In this document: piece after piece, positions 19,774 to 29,333 of the stretch
Layout: each line of letters starts with the position of its first letter
Position numbering within the stretch: the first letter of the stretch is position 1
Assembly: GCA_018902845.1 (NCBI GenBank)
Contig: JAHIPV010000007.1
Location: 6,989 to 70,988, forward strand
Reading direction: 5' to 3'
From: Patescibacteria group bacterium
GTDB taxonomy: Bacteria > Patescibacteriota > Microgenomatia > UBA12405
Length of the DNA stretch: 64,000 bases
Program-made: the position numbers and the translations under genes
The notes under the pieces: generated by a model
What the model was told of the DNA's origin: nothing
The model's database searches: none
What the model saw: only the letters and a program-made list of their open reading frames with translations

Positions 19774-20017
19774 AAACGAAAAAGAAGAAAATGAGTTTTG
19801 GCTAAATCATGATACTACCGAGTATTTTGATATGTCCAGACCGATGAAAATGTTTTTTCCAAATTTGAAACCAAGTACAAAAAAAATAACTTTACGTTTA
19901 CCAACTAACTTGTTGTATAAAATAAAAACTTTAGCTAATGAAAGAGATGTTCCATACCAATCTTTTATGAAAGTGTTGCTTAATGAAAAAGTAAGTAGGC
20001 TGATTTTAGGCGCTTAG
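19742..20017 (+). CDS. BrnA/CopG-like antitoxin
   Basis: IPRF..EKEE..FW..HD, RHH ITLRL, VPYQS; overlaps toxin. Confidence 0.88.
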   Translation: MKKIKKIPRFRNEKEENEFWLNHDTTEYFDMSRPMKMFFPNLKPSTKKITLRLPTNLLYKIKTLANERDVPYQSFMKVLLNEKVSRLILGA

Positions 20018-21957
20018 TTAAGATTAAAAGATTTGAGGTGGAGGGATTTGGCGGATTTGGCATCGATGTTGTAATAGGAAATGCGGAAGGTGTAGCGGTA
20101 GAGGTTTGATGCTTTGTCGTGGTAAATGTCCGTAATTGTAATCTTATACAGGTTTTTGCCGATTATTTTTGAATATTTTTTTAATAGTTTTTGTGGGTTT
20201 TGTTTTTCTTTTAGCTCTATATTAGCGTCAAGAGTAATAATTTGGGAAGTTAATTCTATAGTGGAAGTGGTGGGTGGTGTATGGGAGATGGGGATAAGAG
20301 GGATATCTTTAATTTTTAATTTTTCTAAATTGAATTCAACACAATAACCGTTTTTGATTGGAAGTATGGTGTGTTTTGGTGCTGAAAGTTTTAGCTGTTG
20401 AAATAGTGATTTGATATCTTTTTTTAGTTGGTTTTTGTTTTGATGAAAAATTCCTAAGGAGTAGTTTTCTTGATAATTATTTAAATTAGTTGGTTGGTCA
20501 GGAGATCCCTCCACTTCGGTCGGGATGACAGAGAAGACTTTGCCGATTTCGAAGAATTGAGGGTTTGGTACTTTGTATTTGGCATATTGTTTTGATTGTT
20601 TTGTAAGGGAGGCGATAATTGATTGGCGTAAAATTGGGTATTTTGAATTAATGCTATTTTGGGTGTGGATGGCGTTGTTTGGATTAGGAATGTAATCGTT
20701 TTTTTTGATTAACGGCCAGGAACGGATTTCGTCATAACCCAAATTAATTAAAATATTTTGAATTGATTGTATCAGGTAGAGTATTTTTGGGGTAATATCG
20801 GGTAGTTTTTTACTTGAGATTGGTTTATTTGTTGGAATTTTATCGTAGCCAAAGTAACGAATGACCTCTTCTATAAGATCTTCTTCTATGTTGATGTCTT
20901 TGCGGATGGATGGAGGGGTGATGAGATAACTGTGGGATTCTTCGCTGTGCTCAGAATGACGCTGTGTGGTTCGCTTGTGTTTGTATGTGGTGATTTGGCA
21001 ACCAAGTTTTTTTAGAATATCTAAACTAAAATCTGATGAAATATTTACTCCGGCATATTGACTGACTTTTTTTGGATTAAATTTTATTTCGATTGACTTT
21101 GGTTTTTGAGGATAATATTCGTATAAGTTGCTGATGATTTGACCGTTACAGTTTTTAAGAATTAATTGCGTTAAATGATTGAAAGCTAATGGAATGAGTT
21201 TTGTATCTAAAAATTTATCTAATCTAATACTGGCCTCTGTGATTGTTTTTAGGGTTCTGGAGTCTTTGCGTACCCTTAAACGATTATAAACAGCCATTTC
21301 GATTATTATTTCTTCTGTAAAAAGATCAATAGCGCAGGCTTGTCCTCCCAAAAAAGATAAGGACAGGGCTTTTTTGGGATTATTTACCATTAAGGTATTA
21401 GTTTTTAATTCGAGTTTGGTGCCGTCTAATGTAACAAATTGCTTATATTTGTTGTTGTTTAGTTCCCAAATTAATTCATCTCCTGATTTTTTGGTGTCAA
21501 AAGCATGGCAAGGAATGCCATAAAGGATCATGATGTAGTTGGTTAGATTGACAATAGTATTGATGGGGTTTATATCATGCAGTTTTAGAAATTTTTTGAG
21601 CCAGTTGGGTGAAGAAGAATTTTTTAGTTTAGAAATGCGGATGGCCTGGATGCGGTTAACATTTTTTTGGGTGGTTACTTTGATTGGAAGTTGGTAATTG
21701 GAGTTAATTTTTGGCAGAGCAATTTTATCTAAGTTTAATGGGCCGTAAAGGACTGATAAATCGTTTGCTATGCCGTAGTAACCCAGACACTCTCCTCTGT
21801 TTTGACGGATTTCCAGGCCTATTATTTTTTCATTGTCTTTGTATTCGAGTGAATCATTAAAGTGTCCCAGCATGGTTAGTTTATCGGCTATTTTTTTAAC
21901 CGAATGATTTTTTAGAGCCGGTAGTAATTTTTGTAGATGAGAGTAAATTATTTTCAT
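20014..21957 (-). CDS. pheT: phenylalanine-tRNA ligase beta subunit
   Basis: B3/4 INTIVNLTNY, B5 R.DI..EEDLIEEVIR, FFEIGKVF; follows pheS. Confidence 0.92.
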   Translation of the reverse strand: MKIIYSHLQKLLPALKNHSVKKIADKLTMLGHFNDSLEYKDNEKIIGLEIRQNRGECLGYYGIANDLSVLYGPLNLDKIALPKINSNYQLPIKVTTQKNVNRIQAIRISKLKNSSSPNWLKKFLKLHDINPINTIVNLTNYIMILYGIPCHAFDTKKSGDELIWELNNNKYKQFVTLDGTKLELKTNTLMVNNPKKALSLSFLGGQACAIDLFTEEIIIEMAVYNRLRVRKDSRTLKTITEASIRLDKFLDTKLIPLAFNHLTQLILKNCNGQIISNLYEYYPQKPKSIEIKFNPKKVSQYAGVNISSDFSLDILKKLGCQITTYKHKRTTQRHSEHSEESHSYLITPPSIRKDINIEEDLIEEVIRYFGYDKIPTNKPISSKKLPDITPKILYLIQSIQNILINLGYDEIRSWPLIKKNDYIPNPNNAIHTQNSINSKYPILRQSIIASLTKQSKQYAKYKVPNPQFFEIGKVFSVIPTEVEGSPDQPTNLNNYQENYSLGIFHQNKNQLKKDIKSLFQQLKLSAPKHTILPIKNGYCVEFNLEKLKIKDIPLIPISHTPPTTSTIELTSQIITLDANIELKEKQNPQKLLKKYSKIIGKNLYKITITDIYHDKASNLYRYTFRISYYNIDAKSAKSLHLKSFNLN

Positions 21958-22952
21958 TATTTATTTGGTAGATAGGCGAGGTTGCCGCCTGAAAATGTTC
22001 TAATGTCTTTGATGTTATATTTGGCCATGGTCCATCGGTCCAGTCCCATACCAAAAGCAAAACCACTCCATTTTTTGGGATCAATATTGGCTTTTTGTAG
22101 AACAATAGGATGAATTATACCGGCGCCACCCATTTCTACCCAACCGGCTCCTTTGCATATAGCACAACCTTTTTCTTTGCAATTAAAACATTGCATATCT
22201 AATCCGACACCCGGTTCGACCTCCGGATAGTATTTGGGACGATAGCGAACGGTTACATTTGGTCCATACAGGGTTTTGAACATCAGATCCATGGTTCCAA
22301 AAAGATTTTTGAGTGTCATATTTTTACCAACAACTACTGCTTGGTATTGATTAAAAGTAAAATGATTACTTTTGTTGACTTTTTCGTTTCTGTATACTTT
22401 GCCTGGAAAAGCAACTTTGAATGGAGGTTTTTCTTGACTTAACAGCCTGGCTTCGACAGAAGATGTTTGGGTACGAAGCAGAATTTCCGGTTCTTTGATA
22501 AAAATACTGTCTTGAAGTTCTCTGGCCGGATGATCTTTTGGCAGATTAAGTCTTTCAAAACAGAATTCGTCTGTTTCTATTTCGGGTCCGTCATAGATAG
22601 AAAAACCAAGTTTTTTAAACAGAGAATTGATTTGGTTTTCAGTAGTGGTAATAGGGTGAAGATGGCCAATTTTGGGTAAGGCAAAAATGGAATTTGTGAT
22701 TTTTGTTTCTTTGGGTACTTTATTTTGCTTGGCAATTTTTAAAGCTTGTTTTTTTATTAGATTTTGTAGCTGGGATTTTAGTTTATTTAGTTTTTGGCCG
22801 TATTGCTGGCGATTGTCAGGTTGTTGGTTTTTGATTTCTGAAAAAAGCTGATTAATTAAACCTTTTCGACCGAGTAGTTTGATGCGAAGTGTTTCCAGTT
22901 CTGAACTAGAATTAGAAGAGGCGATTTGTGTTTGATATTTTTTTAAGTTCAT
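21957..22952 (-). CDS. pheS: phenylalanine-tRNA ligase alpha subunit
   Basis: GHLHP, HPARELQD, LLRTQTS, GFAFGMG. Confidence 0.96.
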   Translation of the reverse strand: MNLKKYQTQIASSNSSSELETLRIKLLGRKGLINQLFSEIKNQQPDNRQQYGQKLNKLKSQLQNLIKKQALKIAKQNKVPKETKITNSIFALPKIGHLHPITTTENQINSLFKKLGFSIYDGPEIETDEFCFERLNLPKDHPARELQDSIFIKEPEILLRTQTSSVEARLLSQEKPPFKVAFPGKVYRNEKVNKSNHFTFNQYQAVVVGKNMTLKNLFGTMDLMFKTLYGPNVTVRYRPKYYPEVEPGVGLDMQCFNCKEKGCAICKGAGWVEMGGAGIIHPIVLQKANIDPKKWSGFAFGMGLDRWTMAKYNIKDIRTFSGGNLAYLPNK

Positions 22953-22964
22953 TACTCCCCTTCT

Positions 22965-23009
22965 CTAGTTTCTAAAAAAGAATGAGAATTTGAGAGGTTT
23001 TTGTGTCAT
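22965..23009 (-). promoter_or_regulatory. Phe-rich leader peptide MTQKPLKFSFFFRN (pheM-like)
   Basis: 14-codon ORF with 4 Phe in 5 codons, stop 12 nt before pheS ATG. Confidence 0.75.
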
Positions 23010-23013
23010 GGGA

Positions 23014-23355
23014 TTATTTTACAAAATTTACTATTTCTTTGAAAGTAGTAGGATCATTTAGAGCGATTTCAGATAAAACTTTTCTGTTTAATTCTATTTT
23101 TTTATCTTTAAGAAGTTTAATGAATTTAGAGTAGGAAATTTTAAAAGTAGTAAGAGCGGCATTTAACCTTACTATCCAGAGTTTACGTGTGTCCCTTTTT
23201 CTAAGTTTACGGCCATTAAAAGCATATTGGCCAGCGTGCATAACGGCTTCGTTGGCTACTTTAAATCTTTTGTGGCGGGTCATCCAGTAGCCTTTGGCTA
23301 GTTTTAGTATTTTTTTGTGTCTTTTTTTTCTGACTATTCCTGTTTTTATTCGCAT
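23014..23355 (-). CDS. rplT: 50S ribosomal protein L20
   Basis: KLAKGY, RKLWIVRLNA, LNRKVLSEIA. Confidence 0.96.
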   Translation of the reverse strand: MRIKTGIVRKKRHKKILKLAKGYWMTRHKRFKVANEAVMHAGQYAFNGRKLRKRDTRKLWIVRLNAALTTFKISYSKFIKLLKDKKIELNRKVLSEIALNDPTTFKEIVNFVK

Positions 23356-23358
23356 AAT

Positions 23359-23568
23359 TTACCCCTTACCTAATAATTTTTTTACTTTAATAGCGAGTTT
23401 TCCTCCGACATTTTTTTTACCTTTAAGGCGTCTGAGTTGTCGTTTGCTTTTTTTTCTTTTTAGATGTCTGTTAAATGAGGATAGCCTGAGAACTTTTCCG
23501 GTTTTTGTAATCTTGAATCGATTACTGACTGATTTTTTAATTTTTAATTTTCTGCTTTTCTTTTTCAT
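23359..23568 (-). CDS. rpmI: 50S ribosomal protein L35
   Basis: RFKITKTGKV, infC-rpmI-rplT order. Confidence 0.92.
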   Translation of the reverse strand: MKKKSRKLKIKKSVSNRFKITKTGKVLRLSSFNRHLKRKKSKRQLRRLKGKKNVGGKLAIKVKKLLGKG

Positions 23569-24187
23569 TATGTTGTTTTATTTGCTCATTTTGAGGTGAT
23601 TGTGTAGGTATTTGTTTCTCCAGAGGCGGACTTCGTTGGCGCTCGTTTTTGGTTGGTGTTAAGGTCAGAAATAAATTTTTGCCTGTCAATTTTGTATTTC
23701 CTTCTGGAGTGGAAATATCTTCAAGATCTTTTTGGAATCTTTCAACCAATTTGTAACCAAATTCTTTTTTAGTTATTTGGCGACCCAGGAATTTTACACA
23801 TAATTTAACTTTATTTCCAGTTGATAAAAATTTTCTGGCCTTTTTGATTCTGGTTTCGTAATCACTTTGGCCTATGAAGGGTTTCATGTGGATTTCTTTC
23901 AGTTCTCCCCCTCTTGATCCTTTTTTGCTGTTTTTTTCTTTTTTGGCTTCCTGATATTTAAATTTAGCGAAATCAATGAGTTTTACTACCGGAGGTTTGG
24001 CTTTTGAGGCAATTTCGACTAGGTCAAGATTTGTTTCCTGCGATTTTTGTCTGGCATCATATAGAGATAAAATACCTATTTGTTTGTTGTTTTCATCAAT
24101 TAAACGAATTTGCGGAGCGGTTATGTATTGATTAATTTTATAAAATTTCTTTTTATAGTATTTGTATCTTGATTTTTGTTTTTTCAA
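23537..24187 (-). CDS. infC: translation initiation factor IF-3 (TTG start)
   Basis: LDLVEI...PPVVKL.D, LKEI, GNKVK; C-terminal extension with palindromic insert. Confidence 0.94.
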   Translation of the reverse strand: MKKQKSRYKYYKKKFYKINQYITAPQIRLIDENNKQIGILSLYDARQKSQETNLDLVEIASKAKPPVVKLIDFAKFKYQEAKKEKNSKKGSRGGELKEIHMKPFIGQSDYETRIKKARKFLSTGNKVKLCVKFLGRQITKKEFGYKLVERFQKDLEDISTPEGNTKLTGKNLFLTLTPTKNERQRSPPLEKQIPTQSPQNEQIKQHNEKEKQKIKN

Positions 24188-24210
24188 TTAGTCTTTAAAT
24201 TAATAATTAC

Positions 24211-24313
24211 TGTCATTTCGACCGAGTGAAATGAGTGGAGAAATCTCTTGACCTTTTTTATTTTTTAATAAATTGAGTGGTTATGAGATCCCTCGACTTC
24301 GTTCGGGATGACA
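24211..24313. repeat. TGTCATTTCGAC...GGGATGACA palindromic element between thrS and infC
   Basis: inverted arms 24211-24247 and 24285-24313. Confidence 0.85.
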
Positions 24314-24319
24314 CTTTCT

Positions 24320-26101
24320 TTATTTTATCAGATTTAGGGATTTTTGGGATATTTGAGTTGAGATTTCTTTGATAAATTTTTCAAGAGGCATTGAACCCAA
24401 GTCCTGACCGTTTCGTTGACGGATCGAGACTGAATTTGAATCTACCTCACGTTGACCGATGATGAGCATGTATGGAGCTTTTTCTGTTTGAGCCAGTCTT
24501 ATTTTGTTTTGCATGGTTTCAGAACGGTCGTCAAGTTCTACTCTGATGTCTTTTTCTTTTAACTGTTTGGCTACTTTTTTGGCATAATCAATTTGTTTGT
24601 CGGTGATAGGGATGATTTTTGCCTGAACTGGCGAAAGCCAAACAGGAAAAGCCCCGGCAAAGTGCTCTATTAAAACGCCAATGAAGCGTTCCAGAGAACC
24701 AAGTAGTGCACGATGAATCATGTATGGAGTGTGTTCTTGGCCATCTTGTCCCGTGTAAACCATGTTGAACCTTTTTGGTAGATTGAAATCAAATTGAATT
24801 GTTGAAAGTTGCCATTTTCTACCCAGAGAGTCGGCAACCTTTAGATCAATTTTGGGGCCATAGAATACAGCTCCGCCAATATCTTCAACATAATCGTTGA
24901 TATATCCGACTTTTTTGATTACATTTTTTAACACCTTTTCGGCTGTTTTCCAGTTATTATCTGATCCGATAAATTTGTCTTTATTTTTTGGATCCCGAAT
25001 ACTAAGATTTAATTCAAAATTTTTGAAACCAAAAGTTTTGAAAATAAATAGAGTTAGTTCAAAAGCTTTTTCTATTTCGCTTGGAAGTTGTTTTGGTGTG
25101 CAAATGATGTGAGCATCGTCTTGAGTAAAACCCCTAACTCTGGTTAAACCGTGGAGAACACCACTTTTTTCGTAACGATAGACAGTACCCATTTCGGCCA
25201 GCCGTATTGGAAGTTCTTTGTAACTTTTTGGTTTGTTGTTGTAGATGGATACGTGAAAGGGGCAGTTCATGGGTTTTAATCTGTATTTTTCGTTTTCAAC
25301 TGTGAATTCTCCATATAAACTTTCTTTGTAGAATTCGAGATGGCCTGAGTGTTGCCAGAGTTTGTTGGAGGCGAAGTGTGGTGACCAAACTGGTTGATAA
25401 CCTTGTTTAAGATAAGTATCAAAGGCAAAGTCCATAACTTTTTTTCTAAGCCAGGCGCCTTTTGGTAACCAAAGAGGAAGACCTTGTCCCACTTCTTCGT
25501 CAAACATGAAGAGTTCTAATTCTTTGCCTAATTTTCTGTGATCGCGTTTTTTGGCTTCTTCTAAATTGTGTAAATATTGTTTTAGTTCTTTTTTTGATGG
25601 AAAAGCTGTGCCATAAATTCGAGTTAGCATTTTGTTTTTTTCATCTCCATGCCAGTAGGCTCCGGCGATTGAAAGTAGTTTAAAAGCTTTTATTTCACCA
25701 GTAGATTTGACGTGTGGACCAGCGCAAAGATCGACGAATTGGTCGGCTGTCCAATAAGTTAAAATTTTTTCATCCCTATCTCCTATTTGGCTTAACCATT
25801 CCTGTTTATAAGGATTATTTTTGAATAATTCTTTGGCTTTTTTTAAATTGATTTCTTTTTTGGTGAATTTGAGATTTTGATCAATAATTTTTTGCATTTC
25901 CTTTTCTATTTTGGGAAAGTCCTGTTCGCTGATTTTGAAATCTTTTAGATTTTCAAAGTCGAAATAAAAACCTTGGTCTGTGGCCGGTCCCATGGCCATG
26001 TGGAAAGAATTTTTACCAAAAAGATTTTGCATGGCTTGAGTTAAGACATGTTCTGCGCTGTGACGAAGGTTGAAAAGTGGGTCGTTTGTTTGTTTTGACA
26101 T
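24320..26101 (-). CDS. thrS: threonine-tRNA ligase
   Basis: DLCAGPH, RDHRKLG, KPMNCP, RVRGFTQDDAH. Confidence 0.97.
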   Translation of the reverse strand: MSKQTNDPLFNLRHSAEHVLTQAMQNLFGKNSFHMAMGPATDQGFYFDFENLKDFKISEQDFPKIEKEMQKIIDQNLKFTKKEINLKKAKELFKNNPYKQEWLSQIGDRDEKILTYWTADQFVDLCAGPHVKSTGEIKAFKLLSIAGAYWHGDEKNKMLTRIYGTAFPSKKELKQYLHNLEEAKKRDHRKLGKELELFMFDEEVGQGLPLWLPKGAWLRKKVMDFAFDTYLKQGYQPVWSPHFASNKLWQHSGHLEFYKESLYGEFTVENEKYRLKPMNCPFHVSIYNNKPKSYKELPIRLAEMGTVYRYEKSGVLHGLTRVRGFTQDDAHIICTPKQLPSEIEKAFELTLFIFKTFGFKNFELNLSIRDPKNKDKFIGSDNNWKTAEKVLKNVIKKVGYINDYVEDIGGAVFYGPKIDLKVADSLGRKWQLSTIQFDFNLPKRFNMVYTGQDGQEHTPYMIHRALLGSLERFIGVLIEHFAGAFPVWLSPVQAKIIPITDKQIDYAKKVAKQLKEKDIRVELDDRSETMQNKIRLAQTEKAPYMLIIGQREVDSNSVSIRQRNGQDLGSMPLEKFIKEISTQISQKSLNLIK

Positions 26102-26154
26102 TTTATTTTTTTTGATTAACTAATAATTGATTTTAACAGGAGGTGCAAGAAACC

Positions 26155-26176
26155 AAAAAACCTCCCTTGTGGGAGG
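26155..26176 (-). terminator. intrinsic terminator of thrS attenuator
   Basis: CCTCCC-ACAA-GGGAGG followed by T6 on minus strand. Confidence 0.85.
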
Positions 26177-26224
26177 CGAATTGTTTTTTGAAACTTTGTT
26201 TTAAATCACAAATTACTCCCCCCT

Positions 26225-26272
26225 TTAGATTTGGGTGGTAGTTGTAGTTGTGATTAAAACAGAAAGGTTCAT
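26225..26272 (-). promoter_or_regulatory. Thr-rich leader peptide MNLSVLITTTTTTQI
   Basis: six consecutive Thr codons upstream of terminator and thrS. Confidence 0.88.
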
Positions 26273-26281
26273 TTGAAGGAA

Positions 26282-26310
26282 ATTGTACAGAAGAATAGAA
26301 TGTTTGTCAA
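26282..26310 (-). promoter_or_regulatory. sigma70 promoter of thrS leader
   Basis: TTGACA-17bp-TACAAT. Confidence 0.8.
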
Positions 26311-26321
26311 AGAAGAAATTT

Positions 26322-26398
26322 TGGTGAGTCTGGAAGGACTCGAACCTTCGACCTCATCGATGTCAACGATGCGCTCTAACCAACTGAGCCACAGACTC
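26322..26398 (-). tRNA. tRNA-Val(GAC)
   Basis: cloverleaf, GGTTCGAG T-loop, encoded CCA. Confidence 0.95.
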
Positions 26399-26418
26399 TT
26401 TGTTGGTAGTATAACAAA

Positions 26419-27012
26419 TTAACCTATTGATCTGGCGATGCCGTGTTCTGACGAGAACATGTATTGCTGGCCACCTTTTTTGACATTGCCCCAAAATTTT
26501 CCGCGATTTTTGGAGCGAGCGTTAAACATTTCCAGCCAATTTTCTGCTTCTGAAATGTTTTTTCTAAAATTGGCTATAAAAACTTTTAATCTGCTAAGGA
26601 AATTTAACTGATATTCACTAGCTTGTGTAATTGGCAGTTCGGTGGCGACCTGAACACCTTTTTTGAGCTCTTTGGTGGCTTTGGCTAGATTTTGAATTTC
26701 AGCTCTTAATTGAGTTAATTCTTTTTTGAGTTGTTCCTGTTTTTGATTAAAAAGAGTTTGGCCTTCTTTTTGGAGATGACTGATCGATCCAAAAAATTCT
26801 TTTCCCCAAGATTGAAGATTTTCAGCTTTTTTGCCAATTTCTATGCTTTGGCCCAGGTTTAGGATACCTTTAAGTCCGATTGTATTGCTGGTTTTGGTTG
26901 TTTTTGTAATTTGATCTGTATTTTGTAATTCGGGGGTTGATTCGCTGGAAAAAAGCTCCTTTTTTGGGAATTTACTTTTGGGATCGTTTTTTTGCCTCTT
27001 GACAGTTGTCAT
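26419..27012 (-). CDS. conserved CPR coiled-coil protein (DUF5660-like)
   Basis: YQLNFL..L, AENWL..F, FW...KKGG..YMFSSEH..AR C-terminus. Confidence 0.6.
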   Translation of the reverse strand: MTTVKRQKNDPKSKFPKKELFSSESTPELQNTDQITKTTKTSNTIGLKGILNLGQSIEIGKKAENLQSWGKEFFGSISHLQKEGQTLFNQKQEQLKKELTQLRAEIQNLAKATKELKKGVQVATELPITQASEYQLNFLSRLKVFIANFRKNISEAENWLEMFNARSKNRGKFWGNVKKGGQQYMFSSEHGIARSIG

Positions 27013-27045
27013 GTGGGAGATTATATCAAGTTTTGAGACAGAAGT

Positions 27046-27930
27046 CTAGATATTATGGGTTTGAAGAAATTCAATGGTTTTTTGTTGGGTGAGTATGTAT
27101 TCAATAAAGTCTTTTCTTTTTTCTCCTTCAGGTGTGGAGGCGATTGTTTTATCCAACTCTTTTTTGCTAATTTTGATATTGTGTTTTTGGGCTATTTTTT
27201 CTAAGGCTAAGTCTATCTTCCATTTCTTGATTAAGTCTTTTTTGATGTTTTGTTTATAATTTTCTATTGAGCTGTTGTTGTTTTCAAAATATTGTTTAAC
27301 GGTAAGACCAGCTTGGCTAATGTTGTTGACCAATTGTGAAAGCCGGTGTTCTGTTTCTATTTCCAGTAATATGTTGGGTAATTCTAGTTTTGATTTTTTA
27401 TCTAAGACATTGAATATTAACTGAGTGTGTTGTTGGGTACTTGTTTGGGGTTTTGTTGGTGTTTGTTTTTTTTCTTTGGATGATTGTGCTGATATTTGTT
27501 TGTTGATTTTCTTAATTTCGTCCTGGTAGTTGCCAAGAATAATTTCTGGTTTTTCACAGGAACGAAGTTCCAACTGCCAATTTTTGTTTTTAACTAATGG
27601 TGGATTTTTTAGTAAGATTTTTGGTTGTGTTATAGGTTTTAGATTATATTTTTTGATGGTTTTAAGGTATTCGTCTGGAACTGTGTTTTGGATTATTTGT
27701 TCATAAAGCTTTGAAAGATCGATTTTTTCTTCTATGAGGTGTAGCGGTGCCTTGCCTTTGCGAAAACCGTCAATATTTATATTGTTGGCCATATTGGTTA
27801 AAATTTTTTGATATTGTTTTTGTATAGTTTCTTTGTCAATGGTGATTGATATCTGAAAAGATTTGTCTTTTAATTTGCTAACGATAGTCTTGGCCGATGT
27901 TTGTTTGGTTGTTTTTTGTTTTGTATTCAT
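27046..27930 (-). CDS. tig: trigger factor, short form lacking the FKBP domain
   Basis: DGFRKGKAP ribosome-binding motif; only 294 aa. Confidence 0.85.
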   Translation of the reverse strand: MNTKQKTTKQTSAKTIVSKLKDKSFQISITIDKETIQKQYQKILTNMANNINIDGFRKGKAPLHLIEEKIDLSKLYEQIIQNTVPDEYLKTIKKYNLKPITQPKILLKNPPLVKNKNWQLELRSCEKPEIILGNYQDEIKKINKQISAQSSKEKKQTPTKPQTSTQQHTQLIFNVLDKKSKLELPNILLEIETEHRLSQLVNNISQAGLTVKQYFENNNSSIENYKQNIKKDLIKKWKIDLALEKIAQKHNIKISKKELDKTIASTPEGEKRKDFIEYILTQQKTIEFLQTHNI

Positions 27931-27963
27931 AATTGGGTTTATGATAGCATGTGTATTAGGGAG

Positions 27964-28587
27964 ATGAAATATATAAAGAATTATTTTTTGACTGTGAGTA
28001 AGTTGTTTTTTGTATGGATTTTTGTTTGTGTTTTGTTATTTGTTTTGTGCTTGGAGTTTATTAATCTAATTAAAATACGTGAGTTTGGCAAAATGATTGT
28101 AAGGGCAGAAAATGGTTTTATGCCGGTACTTAGTAAGCCATTGTCGAATGATGAAGGGACTGCTTCTTACTATGATGCTGCTATATTGGCGGGTGATGCC
28201 AGACCTTTAGTGATTAAGAAATATTTGGAAAGATATAAGTCACCGTTGGCACCATATTCTGATTTAATTTTTGAGCTGTCTCAGTCTTATAATTTTGATT
28301 ATCGTTGGATTATTGCCATTGCTCAGCAGGAATCTAATTTATGTAAGAAAATGCCACTGGAGTCTTATAATTGTTGGGGTTATGGTATACATGCCAATGG
28401 TGTTTTGAGGTTCGACGATTATGAATTGGCCTTAAGAAGTTTTGCTGAATACTTAAAAAGAGAATATTTCGATAAAGGCTATGATACGCCTGAGCTCATT
28501 ATGACCAAATATTGTCCGCATTCTGATGGGTCGTGGGCTTTTGGAATAAGACAATTCTTTACCGAAATGGAAAATGGGGAGTTTTAG
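27964..28587 (+). CDS. membrane-anchored lysozyme/glucosaminidase-like protein
   Basis: TM; IAIAQQES, YNCWGYG, KYCP; start uncertain. Confidence 0.55.
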   Translation: MKYIKNYFLTVSKLFFVWIFVCVLLFVLCLEFINLIKIREFGKMIVRAENGFMPVLSKPLSNDEGTASYYDAAILAGDARPLVIKKYLERYKSPLAPYSDLIFELSQSYNFDYRWIIAIAQQESNLCKKMPLESYNCWGYGIHANGVLRFDDYELALRSFAEYLKREYFDKGYDTPELIMTKYCPHSDGSWAFGIRQFFTEMENGEF

Positions 28588-28696
28588 GGGAGATCAATTT
28601 GATTTGTATATAATAATTTGATATAGTATGTATTAGATCCCGGGGTGGCTCCTCTAAAAGCATGCTCTGGGATTTTTTTTGGTAAAATATAAAGGT

Positions 28697-29260
28697 ATGG
28701 CAATGATAAACACGGCACAATTTAAAAAAGGTATGTATGTCATGTTTCATGATGAGCCTCATATGATTGTTGATATTGCCTTTGTTTCTCCCGGGAAAGG
28801 ATCGGCATTTTATCGTACAAAACTTAGGGCTCTTAATACGGGTAGAATGGTGGAATTTACTTTTAAGTCTGGTGAAAAAGTGGAGGAGGTGTATGTGGAA
28901 ACAAACGAAGGGAATTATTCTTATTTTGATGGTTCTAACTATGTTTTTATTGAACCAAGGACTTTTGAACAATATGAGGTTTCGGCTGAGGTAGTTGGTA
29001 AAGATAAAATTTATTTAAAGGAAGGGCTTTCATATAGGATTCAATTTTATAGAAATGTGTCTGTGGGTATTAAGTGTCCTAAAAGTATTAGTTGCGAAGT
29101 GACAGAGACCGAGATGGCAGTTAAAGGAAATACGGTCAACAATGCTTTAAAGCCGGCTTTGTTGGATACTGGAGCAAAGGTACAGGTTCCTTTGTTTGTA
29201 AAGAAAGGAGACGTGGTGACTATTAGTACGGAAACAGGAGAATATCTTTCCAGAAAGTAA
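28697..29260 (+). CDS. efp: elongation factor P
   Basis: PGKGSAF, KPA.LDTG..VQVPLFV, TETGEYLSR. Confidence 0.95.
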   Translation: MAMINTAQFKKGMYVMFHDEPHMIVDIAFVSPGKGSAFYRTKLRALNTGRMVEFTFKSGEKVEEVYVETNEGNYSYFDGSNYVFIEPRTFEQYEVSAEVVGKDKIYLKEGLSYRIQFYRNVSVGIKCPKSISCEVTETEMAVKGNTVNNALKPALLDTGAKVQVPLFVKKGDVVTISTETGEYLSRK

Positions 29261-29333
29261 ACTTTTTGGAAAATTACCACGTAATAAATTGAGAAATTTA
29301 AACGTGGCTACGCAATGAGTAATGACAGATTTT

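Noticed and set aside
26102-26280. T-box riboswitch for thrS
   Set aside because: No T-box consensus; leader-peptide attenuator explains the region
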